Virus record (IMG/VR): IMGVR_UViG_3300048583_000198 | Location: 1-64,000 of that record | Source of the DNA: a virus | Direction: 5' to 3' (one strand) | DNA: 64,000 nucleotides | Part shown: one piece after another, positions 18,444 to 29,200 of the stretch | Layout of the letters: each line of letters begins with the position of its first letter | Position numbering within the stretch: position 1 is the stretch's first letter | Notes under the pieces: model-generated | Told to the model about the DNA's origin: nothing | The model's input: the letters and a program-made list of their open reading frames with translations, nothing else | The model's database searches: none | Position numbers and translations under genes: made by a program

Positions 18444-19688
18444 ATGACCACTGAAAATTACAAGTACCTTGAAACTCAAGGTGCTCCGGTGAAGGCATGG
18501 GTGCACGGTGTGCAGCTCGAGGAAGCTGCCTGGAAGCAGCTGCGCAATGTCGCTGAGCTTCCCTTCATCTACAAGCACGTGGCTGCCATGCCTGATGTGC
18601 ACTGGGGTATGGGCGCAACCGTTGGCAGCGTCATTGCCACCAAGGGTGCAATCATTCCGGCTGCTGTCGGTGTCGACATTGGCTGCGGCATGATGGCTGT
18701 TCAGACTTCTCTAGTTGCCAGCGATCTACCTGACAACCTCGGTTCTCTTCGGTCTCGTATCGAAGCTGCCATCCCGCATGGCCGTACCGACAACGGTGGA
18801 GCCAATGACCGTGGAGCTTGGAGCAACGTACCTGCCATGGTGGAGTCGGAGTTCTTTGGCGGCGGTAGCTCTACTTCGCTGCACAGCTCTCTGCAACGTA
18901 TCGTAGCCAAGCACCCTTCCATTGCGAAGGCGGCTGAGCGTGCGCCTCGTCATGCCGGAACTCTCGGCACTGGCAACCATTTCATCGAGGTGTGTCTCGA
19001 TGAGAATGACAACGTATGGGTGATGTTGCATTCCGGTAGCCGTGGGATCGGCAACCGTATTGGTAGCCACTTCATTGAGTTGGCCAAAGAAGAGATGCGC
19101 CAGTGGCACATCAACTTGCCAGACATCGACCTGGCCTACTTGCCGCAGGGTTCCAAGTATTTCCTGGACTACTGCGAGGCGGTGGGTTGGGCTCAAGAGT
19201 TTGCCCGTACCAACCGTGAGATCATGATGCGCGAAGCACTCAATGCTCTCCAAACTGAGGTCAAGCCGTTTGACCTCACTGCAAAGGCAATCAACTGCCA
19301 TCACAACTATGTTGCGTGGGAGCGACACTTCGGTGAGAACGTCATCGTCACTCGCAAGGGTGCGGTACGTGCGCAGAAGGACGATCTGGGAATCATCCCA
19401 GGCTCCATGGGAGCCCGTAGCTTCATCGTTCGTGGCAAGGGCAACCGTGAGTCCTTCTGCTCTTGCTCGCACGGCGCAGGCCGTCGTATGAGCCGTGGAG
19501 AGGCCAAACGCACCTTCACCCTGGCCGACCATGCACAAGCCACGGCTGGCATTGAGTGCCGCAAAGACATCGACGTGCTGGATGAAACCCCCGGTGCGTA
19601 CAAAGACATTGATGCGGTAATGGCGGCTCAAGCCGACCTAGTGGACATTGACCACATTCTGCATCAGGTGCTTTGCGTAAAGGGTTGA
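18444..19688 (+). CDS. rtcB: RtcB RNA ligase
   Basis: MPDVHWG.G, VGVDIGCGM, GTLGTGNHFIE, HSGSRGIG, HHNY, IPGSMG, SHGAGR, DETPGAYK, VKG end. Confidence 0.97.
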   Translation: MTTENYKYLETQGAPVKAWVHGVQLEEAAWKQLRNVAELPFIYKHVAAMPDVHWGMGATVGSVIATKGAIIPAAVGVDIGCGMMAVQTSLVASDLPDNLGSLRSRIEAAIPHGRTDNGGANDRGAWSNVPAMVESEFFGGGSSTSLHSSLQRIVAKHPSIAKAAERAPRHAGTLGTGNHFIEVCLDENDNVWVMLHSGSRGIGNRIGSHFIELAKEEMRQWHINLPDIDLAYLPQGSKYFLDYCEAVGWAQEFARTNREIMMREALNALQTEVKPFDLTAKAINCHHNYVAWERHFGENVIVTRKGAVRAQKDDLGIIPGSMGARSFIVRGKGNRESFCSCSHGAGRRMSRGEAKRTFTLADHAQATAGIECRKDIDVLDETPGAYKDIDAVMAAQADLVDIDHILHQVLCVKG

Positions 19689-19704
19689 TGCTACACTTCC
19701 AATT

Positions 19705-19779
19705 CAGGGCGTAGTTCAGCGGTAGAATGTCTGCTTTGGGAGCAGATGGTCGAAGGTTCGAATCCTTCCGCCTTGACCA
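19705..19779 (+). tRNA. tRNA-Pro(TGG)
   Basis: Cloverleaf; TCTGC-TTTGGGA-GCAGA anticodon arm, GGTTCGAATCC T arm, encoded CCA. Confidence 0.95.
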
Positions 19780-19786
19780 GTTTCGT

Positions 19787-19873
19787 GGGTGAGCGGTGAA
19801 GTTGGAGAGTCACGGCAGACTGTAACCCTGCTGTCTTTTGGCTGAGTAGGTTCGAATCCTACCTTACCCACCA
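19787..19873 (+). tRNA. tRNA-Tyr(GTA)
   Basis: Acceptor GGGTGAG/CTTACCC, long variable arm, anticodon 19822-24, CCA; A31.C39 mismatch. Confidence 0.9.
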
Positions 19874-19877
19874 CTTT

Positions 19878-19953
19878 AGGAAGATAGCTCAGCTGGTAGA
19901 GCATTCGACCGATAATCGAAAGGCCGCTGGTTCGAACCCAGCTCTTCCTACCA
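19878..19953 (+). tRNA. tRNA-Ile(GAT)
   Basis: Acceptor AGGAAGA/TCTTCCT, TTCGA-CCGATAA-TCGAA arm, CCA; C at position 33. Confidence 0.92.
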
Positions 19954-19960
19954 TCCCTTC

Positions 19961-20146
19961 ATGAAACACATCAAATACAAATGTGGTTGCGTTGCTGAGC
20001 TTCACCGTGAAGCTTGGCATTCCCTCTGTCCGTTGCATGAGGCAGAATTCCAAGCCATCCATCAACGATGGGCTGAGGAGCACAAAGCACGTGTCCAGGA
20101 CAATTCGCAAGAAGTTGAAGGGAAAAGGCAAAGCTCGAGACGGTGA
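19961..20146 (+). CDS. small Cys/His protein
   Basis: CGC...CPLH pattern. Confidence 0.45.
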   Translation: MKHIKYKCGCVAELHREAWHSLCPLHEAEFQAIHQRWAEEHKARVQDNSQEVEGKRQSSRR

Positions 20147-20243
20147 GGATCTTCGTCCGTCTCGAGGCTGTCGCCATCACGGTCCCTGCGCGTGGTGTGC
20201 ACAGGGCCGTACTCATTCGACTCGTCGTCGAGCCCCTGCTTAG
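20091..20243 (+). CDS. small very basic Zn-ribbon-like peptide
   Basis: GAGGAG RBS; MSRTIRKK...CRHHGPCAWC..GRTH. Confidence 0.55.
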   Translation: MSRTIRKKLKGKGKARDGEDLRPSRGCRHHGPCAWCAQGRTHSTRRRAPA

Positions 20244-23200
20244 AACACCTTGGAGTGAATCGTCGCCGTAGGCGAACCCCACATCTGATCCAATCCCGTT
20301 GAGTTGTCGATGCCACGCTCGTAGATAGCACCGTCCAACGGTCCCGGAGTCCCCACAACATTGCCCAGCCCCTGGGACACAAAGAACGAAAAGGGATTTT
20401 TCCGGAAGCGGTTCAACAGCACGTTCTGTGCACGCAACGTGAACTGACTCCACCAAATCATTCCGTACGTTTCGAGCGATGCACGCATCCGGCCAGGGTT
20501 GGTCTGATACGAAATCAACTCATCACGCACTTCATCACGTGCCTTTTCAACGGTTGCACCGTTCTCAATCATGTGCTGGAAGATCGCATAGCGTGCCAGG
20601 AAGTCACCCGCCTGAATCGCCTTTGATAGCGCATCATGTAGAGTACTGTCCTTTGCAAACAGTGCATTGGCCAGAATGGTTGGTGCCTTCGGGTGAACCT
20701 TCTCACGCAGATGGTTGTTCATCCAGCCAGCCAGATCACCCAGGTAGCTGTGTGACGGACTCTCTTCGAGACCTTCCGGCAGATCACTCAGCTCACCGGC
20801 TTCGATCAATGGGTAGATCGACAGGCGCTCAATCGAACGACGCTTTGCCGTCTGTATGGTGCGGAGACGTTCTTTCTCCACATCATCGGTTGTGCCAGCA
20901 ATCTGGATGCGCAGCTGAATGACTTCCCGCTGCAGTCGGTTGTATGCCTGCACTTCCCGCATACCCTGTCGGTACCACTTCGCCATACGGGAAGGCGGTA
21001 CGCCGTTGGCAATGACGAGATGCATTGCGCTCTGGAAGTTCTGGTAGGCAACCACCAAGCTTCGAACGATGATCAAGTCCTTTGCGGTGGCAACACCTTC
21101 CTTAAGTGCCTGTTCAGCTGCAAGGAAAATCTGTGTGCCCTTCGGTCCAGCAAACACCGTCTGGATGAGACCCAACAGAATCTTGCGCGTATCAGGATTC
21201 AACGACGCATCGCCCGTGTAGATCTCGAGCGCACCTGCGTTGTGATAGCCAATCGTGTTGGCCAACAGATCCTTGCGGACCATCACTGGGCCACCAAACG
21301 CATCAGCCAGATCGCGCTTGATGTCAGCCGGGATGTTCTCCCACGCACGCGCCACCTGCTTGTCGGTGCTCGAATTCACCATTTCATATTCGGCTTCACG
21401 TCCAGCGTCTTTACCTTCCTTCCACTGGTTCACCATCAGCTTGATGGCTTCCTGGTTCAATCGACGAGCCATGTTCTCTTCGGTGATACGACCGAGCTTC
21501 TTGCCGATTGAAACGTGGAGAAGCGTGTTGTTGCCCTTCAAGCTCTCGCGGACGATGGTCGGGTCGAGCATGCGCTCGTAGCCCATCACTTCACCCTGGA
21601 AGTTGAACACTGCTACAAGGTTGCTGTCACGGCCCTTGGTGCGCTGGATATAGCTGACAACCTGCTGGTTACTCAGCATCGTCCCAACCTCCGGCGTCAC
21701 AGAAGCGGCGGTGGTGTAATTGATACCCATCGCGGTCTGCTGCACGGTTGCAATGATGCCCTGCGAGAACACTGGCGGCGGCGTGTAACGACGGCTGTAG
21801 TAGTACAGATCGCTTTCCGGATCGCCAGAAGTCTGCGGATACTTCTTGCCCTTGATGTAGCCGAGCTGCTCGAGCTGTGCTCCCTTAATGCCATTGGCGA
21901 TGACCACGGATGAACGTGGGTCAGTCGACATGGGGAGACTGTCCTTCCAGTAGACATACCGGTACTCAGTACGCTGGTGCTGCTGTTCAGCTTCCTTAAC
22001 GTGCTTGAGCATGCCCACGAGCTTGTCCATGGACTCGGGGTGAGCCCTGAAGTATTGGCCCACCTTGGCTCGCTCAGAGGCCGCCAGGTACTCGATGGCG
22101 TACAGGGTGACCAACTGATCGGCATCGGCCACAAGGCTGTCTGGAGCCGTTCTGCGACGGCCATTGAGGTCATCTGCGATGGCTCGAGCATTGCGCAGCA
22201 GTTCCTGGGCAATCCCCGGCTTCGGCTTGCGGTGCACGAGGTAGTAACCCAGGTTCTGAGCGTCGATGTAATTATCAACTTTAGATTCAAGAACGGTGAT
22301 CATCCGCCGACGCTCAGCATCGTTAAGGTACATCTCAGCCGCCGAGCTACCCAGCACACTGACATCCAACCGGCCAAAGGCTTCGAACAGCGTGTTCCAG
22401 CCGTCGAAGTCCTCCGGGAAAAGTTTGCTCAGTTCCCTGGGGAGCGTGTTGTCGAACATGGAACGGGTCTGGTTGATCGCCGTCATCATGGCGTTGTGCG
22501 CCCGATAGATGAGTCGGCCATCGCCCTTAGTGCCAGCCAAAGCAGCAACCAGATCCTGGAGCCAACGCTGATCGGTGTGCGTGTTCACAGCTGCAATCAG
22601 ACCGCTTCCAAAGGCCGCAGCGCCCTTCTCAGTGGTCAAGGCAGCGATGCCCTTGAGCAACGTGTCGACGTACTGTGGGGCACGTGGAGCGGCGTCAGCG
22701 GCTTTCTGGCCAAGCTTCTCCATCATCCGGTTACCAAGGCGGTCCAGACGGCTGGTCACCGTGGCGTAGTAGCTCTGCTCCAAGTCCTTCTCAACCAGCA
22801 TTGCTGAAATGGCTTCATTCAGCATGTTGCCGCCTGAATCCTGTTGAGCATTGTTGAGTGCCTTGTCTATTAAGGCATCAGCAAGAGTCTGCTCATCCCG
22901 ACCAGCCCACAGCCGGTTCAGCTGTGCACCGAAGGTCGGCTCAACAGCAGCCAGTGCCATGACGGCTGCTACGACATCAGGCGACTTGTTGAACAGGTTC
23001 TTCTGAGGATGCTTCGAGAACGTGGCATCCACAAACTGCTCGAGTTCGGGAGACCGCTGACCCACACGCAACAGCGTGTAGACACGGGTGAACAAACGCT
23101 GCTGTTCTGGCGACAAGTTGTATGCCGTCACTGCCATGGCTTGAGTAGCGAGGTTCTCGCGCTGCACGCCAGCCAGCTGAATGTTCTGTCCCTGGGCCAT

Positions 23201-26200
23201 ACGCTGGAACAGATCGACGTACGCATCTTCAGTCAGCTGCTCAAGCGTAGCCAAACCGTCTTCTGGGACATGCTGACTCAACCGAGTCGACACACCGTCA
23301 ACGAGTCGGGCATCAGCCGGTACGCTGTCAGTCAAACTGCGGAACACATCCATGGCTTCGTTGTAGAAGTCATTGGCCGGTTCAATCTTGATGATGAAGC
23401 GCAGGATTTGCTTGACGCGGTTGATCACGCGCTGAACAAAACCAGGCGACAATTCTTCGATCACCGCGTCTTCGGTGAACACGTACGCCAACATTTCGCC
23501 CAGCTCATCTTGTGGCTGACCGTGCCAGTCATACGAAGTCATGACTCGCTGCACAAACCCAACGCGGCCAACGGCTGGCAACTTCTTGAACCGTTCCATG
23601 AGCTGCACGAGATCGTTAATTGGACCACGCAGCTCTACTGGCACCTGATTGATGTTCGAGAAGAAGTTGTCGATGTGTCGCGTGAAGATTGTGTGAATCA
23701 ACTCATGCAGCATCACCGAGGGTGAAGCCACCTTGAGCATGATGAAGCTGCCGGACGCAACGCCGGTCGTCACGCTGAAGCGGTGCTTGTGCATGCCACG
23801 CTGTTCAATCGTGTTGTTCCAGGCTTCTTCCGTGTCAGCAAGTTCCACCGACAGGTCAGCTGGCAGCAGGTTACGGATACGCTTCCAGACCGTACGATGG
23901 ATGGCATTCTTCCATTTCATCGCATCCAGGGCAGCGATTACTGCCGCACGATCGAGCTTCTTGTTGTTCACTTCGAAGGAAGTCTTCAGACCCTGATCTG
24001 TTTTCACCGTGCTCACAGATGCCTTGCCCGTCAGGCGGACATTTCGGAATACGGGCTCACCATCGTCCGTCTGCAGATTGTCCGTGCGCAGAACTTGGTT
24101 CTCGCGGATCTTCTCTTCAAGTTCGGCATCGCTGTACCGAGACTCAAACGTGATGATGCCTGCTCGCTTAGCACGCAGGTACATACGGATTGCGCTCGGG
24201 TGAACACTCTTGTCCGAGTCGTAAGCCACCCCAGCATCAGCCGCCATCTGCAACACCTTCACCAGACGCCGCAGCCCCGCACTCATGCCGTTCACAAGGC
24301 TTGGCTTAGCCGTGAAGGTATTGCGACCACGCCAACGCGGTCCCTTCATAATCACGTCAATGAAGCCTTCCTCGTCTTCAATACGGGTGGCTTCCGGATG
24401 CTTGTACTGATCTGGGTAACGGCCAGCTTCACGTGGACCCACTTCAGAGATGTCAGCAACCTGAGTACGAGGAGCGTCTTCCTCGAGCGATAGCTCGAAG
24501 TCGAAATCAAGCGACGCACTGCTGCGCACTTCACCACCAGGCGTGTTGAATTTGCCACCACCACCCATTTGATAAACGGTGTGCTTACCAGCAAGCAGCT
24601 CTTCTTGGCCGGTACGCTGTTCTCGATGTAGCTGGTTAAACTCGTCAACCGCTTCATTGAACCGAGAAGCCCATGAAGCAAAATCCTCGATGAACATCTT
24701 CTCATTGGGCTGCATGCTGTTGAAGGTATCAACGAGTGCATTGCGCTCAGTCTCAGTCGCTGCATCTAACAAGATCCGCATATCAGCAACCATTCCCTGG
24801 AAGCTGTTCAGAATGTCAAAGCCAGCTGTGGCCCACACGGCTTCATTCAAGGCCGTTCCAGCGGCCTCAATGTCGGTGACCTTCAGATCAATACCGTCGA
24901 ACACGTTCGTGGCATTCCACGCTTTCTGGAAGAAGCGAACACCCATCGAAGCATCGCCACCCGAGATGGTGAGCAAGGCCAGGATGCTGACACCGACAGG
25001 ACGAGGCGCAGGCGAGTCGAGATTGGCATCCATCGAAGTACCAAGACCCGTGATGGACGTTGCGTTTGGATTGAAGTCAGTGTTGTTCAAGCTGACGGTC
25101 TTGGGACCGTTGAGCGTGTTGAACGACAGGTCAATCGTTTCAGACATCAGGCGGTCATACTCGTCACGGCTGAGATCGTACAAACCAGTCTTCTTGTACT
25201 TCTCAAGCAGCGCCGCATTCTCAGGCTTAGCTTTGATCCATTCCTGAAGCTTTTGGTCCCACTGAACCTTCTTCATCATGTAGGCAAAGTTGGTCAGCTT
25301 AACCAGAGTATTGGTGACCTGCACAACACGACCTTTCTCACCGCCGTAAGCTTTGCTCATTGCAGAAGCCAAACCATCTAATGAGCGATGCCAGCGCACA
25401 GCATCCCAATTTTTGGCCTTGCTTAGCTGCTTTACATCCATGCCAAAACTTTCGTGGCCACGGAGCAACGTCTCAAGATGGCCCATCTGAGCCACCAGCT
25501 GCTGACGACGAGTTTCATCCGTCGTTCGATCCAATTCGTTCTTGGCTTTGATCCAGTTGAGATTGATGTTACGTACAACATCACTCCATAGTTGACGTTT
25601 AATCCCTGTTGGTCCACCGCCATATTGAACAGGAATCACGGCCAGCTTACCGGCATCTCGACGGAAGAGAACTTGAGGAAGACCCTTCACCTCAACACGC
25701 TCGCCGTTGAATACAACGGACATGTTCGGCGTTTCCTTCGTTTGAGGCAACACCTCAATGAGTCCAGCTGCTTCAAGCAGGAACAACTGACCCTTCAGCG
25801 GATTGATCAGGTTCGGATACTGCTTGAGAAGATCAGCCAGTCCCTTCACGAAGTGATAGCGAGCACGCATGTTGATGCGGCCATAGAAGTCGTCGCTCTC
25901 GTATGCTTCACGCATACGATCACGCTCAGTCTCGTAGGTTGCATCCTGCTTATCCAGGAATAAGCCGCCCTGCTCAAGGTTGGCTCCATTACGCACACCC
26001 AAGCCGAAGAACAGTTCGGTGTTGAATGCACCGTTGGTCTTGCCGTCAATTTCGAACATCAAGTAGTTCGTGAACGTGCCCTTACCATCCTGAGCAAGGA
26101 TGCGACCGTAAGTCAACAGAGCCGCCAGCTCACGAGGGCTGTAAGGCTTGTCACGGTTTTCCTTCAGTGCTGCAAGCAGTGCAGCCTGATCAGTGCGAGC

Positions 26201-29200
26201 TGCCCATACCTTCTTGGCAAGAGCAGCGTGCTTACTGCGAATCTTCTCCCATTCACGAAGTACTGAAGCCGGATCATTGATGTCAGTCTTGACGCCAAAT
26301 GCCTGAGCCAAAGTCATCTGCATGTACTTGGCATGATTCGGATCGTCAAGATTCAACTCCTCTTCTGCGGAGGAGAACATGTCACGCACAAACTTGTTGT
26401 TCTGCGGACCCATCACGGTCTTGACGCGGTTGTTGATACCGATGTGGTACTTGTAGAACAAGCCCTTGGCACCACCCTCCGTTAGCTCGTGGTATTTGCG
26501 TACTGCAGCAAACTCCATCGTGAGTCGCTCGTTCTGGCTCTTGAGCCATTCACGCACGCTCGAGGGAACGGTGCCGTCATCTTTCTCGGGCACAGCGCCA
26601 TACCAACCGGTGAGAACCTGCTTCATCAGGTCATCGCCCAGCGTAGTGAACATGCCATACATGTCGCCAAACAGACCATGGCGAACCTTTTGCAGGTTCT
26701 CCAGGGCAGTCTGCATCGGTGCAGAAAGCTTCGTCCTGGTGTACTGAATCGTGTTGTCGACTTCAGTATGCGGCTCAGACTGCGCTTCCCATACACGCTC
26801 ACCATCCAGCTGTTCCTGCACAGCGTCGATGGTATTCATATTGTTCTTAGCAGCGTTCCGGGCAGACTCGGTTGGGACCAGAATCTGCATGGTATCCATG
26901 TACGAGGCATCGCTGAGCGTACCGTCCGAGGTCGCCTCCAGCGTGCGCAGATTCGTGTTGTTCCATGCATCCGTTTCTGGATTGAAGTCTGCCTTCATGT
27001 CGAAGTTTTGGGACTCAATCAGAGCAGCGAGCGTTGAGAGCCCATAAGACAGGAACGTGCCCTGCGAAATGTCGAGGCTGGCGCTACGCTTTGCCGTGAC
27101 ACCGAGCAAGGTCATCGCAACGTCAGCGATATCCTGTGCCCACACTTCCTTGAAGATGTCACGCGACAGTCGACCTTGCTCATCGACAAGCTCACCTGTG
27201 AACTTGGCGGAGTTGCGGAACATGACGATAGCGCCAGCCCAGGCAAATGCCTTGATCACTTCGTCAGGCACCGACATCTTGCCGCTCTCTTCTTTCTGCC
27301 AGAGTGCGGATGCAACGCCGTACGGCTTATCCAGGTAGTCTTCCTTACCGGACTGCGCGATATCGAGGATGCCCTGCTGGAGAATGCCACGACGAGTGCC
27401 ATCCTTGAACTTCGGACCCTTGCCAGCCAGCAGTTGATAAAGAGCACCGGCCTCACTGCGATAGAGATCGAACGCAGTTGAGGTCTCTTCACCACGGGTA
27501 ACGGTCATTGACTTGAACTTCTCAAGCCAACCATCAACCGTATTCGCTGGGTCGATGTTGAACCACGTGGCCAGACTGTCCCGCGCCCAGCTTGTTACTG
27601 CGAGGAGGGGGTTTTGCGTTTGAGGCTGCGGAGCAGATTCCTGAGCAGTGTTGCTATCAACCCCAGCGTCAGGAACACCAGCAGGCTCTGCTGGAGGATT
27701 CTCTCGAGCCAACCTGGCTTCAACATCTCGCTCGTAGGCTCGGACGGCTTCTCGTTCGGCTGCATCTTCCTTCTCCTGTTCTAGGCGAACTTTCTCTTCT
27801 GCAGCCAACTTCTCAGCCGCATCCTTTCGAGCAGCTGCTTCAGCTGCTTTCGTTTTCTTTTCGTCACGAGCAATCCTCTCTTCTTCAACCTTTTCAGTTG
27901 CCTGAATAGCTGCACGCTCAGCACGAGCCTCTCGCTCAGCTTCCGTTTCAGCCTTTTTCTGGGCAGCCTCCTCCTCAGCTTTCTTCTTGGCTTCAGCCAG
28001 GATAGCGGCATTCGGAGATTCTTCCTGAGGCTGAGCAGCAGCTTGTCGAGCAGCAATGATGGCATCGAGCTTAGCCTTCTCAGCGGCAGCTCGTTCCATG
28101 GATGCAGCAGCGAGCTGTGGGGCAGTCTTCGCAACTGTGTCCCACATGCGCTCAGCTTCAGCAACGTCAGCCAACACTTCATTGACCATGTTGCGGGAAG
28201 CTTCAGAACCACGGCCACTGATGTAGATGCGGAATGGATTACCCACTCGCTTGCCATCTTCATCTAGCGTGGCAGTGCCTTCGACTTCCACGTAGTTGGT
28301 CTTAAGGTATTCGGCGTACTCAGGCTTACGAACGTTCTCAGGCTTCCTAAGCAAGTCAACAAGTTCGCCAGCCTTCCTGAACGCTTCACCGCGTGCACGA
28401 AGATGTTGAAGGAATCCAGCCGCCTTGGTGGCTGCGCCAATCGGAGCCTTGGTGTCAGATACACCTTCGACACGCAGGGCTGAGGCAATACCGTTGATGT
28501 AGTCCAACATGCCACGCTTGCGAGTGGCTGCTTTACCCGTCGACCGATTCTCCCAACCCTTGTTGAGGATCTGTTCACGGGTTTCTTCAGTCTTGGAAGT
28601 CGGACCAGGACGAGCCACTGCAGCAGGAATCTTTTTGAGTTCCTGCACGAGCGGCTTCAGAGGCTCAGGGACAGCTTCAATCGGCAGACGGGCAATGTTC
28701 ACCGCTGCCACTGCCTGCACCGTCTGCTGGGCTTCTACGTCGCCCTGGTTGGCTGCTTCAACAGCTGCAGCGATCTCTTCGTCGCTCTTCTGAGCAATCT
28801 GTGCCTTGGCTTCGTCGATCTTACCGGCAGTTGCCAGTTCCTCAGATTGAATGATGGCCTTGGCCTGAGCCTCGTCTACTTCACCATCTTCAGTTCGAGT
28901 GATGTCAGCACGAGTCTCGAGTGCATTGGCCGTGAGGACAGCCTCTACATCAGAGTCGGCACTCTTTGCCGGAGCCACTTCACCAACAGGCAGTTTATAT
29001 GAAGTCGGTTGAGTTGCGTTCTCTTCCGTTGAAGGCTCAGAAACGACTGGAGCCGTTTCTACAGCGGGCTCACCAGATGAGCCTGTGCTGTCGGGAACCG
29101 TTTCTTCGACTGCCGCCGTAGATTGGATCACCTCCTCGGAATTCGGAGTAGCTTCGATTGCCTCAGAAGCAGCCGCAACAGCCGCACCTTCAGGCGTTTG

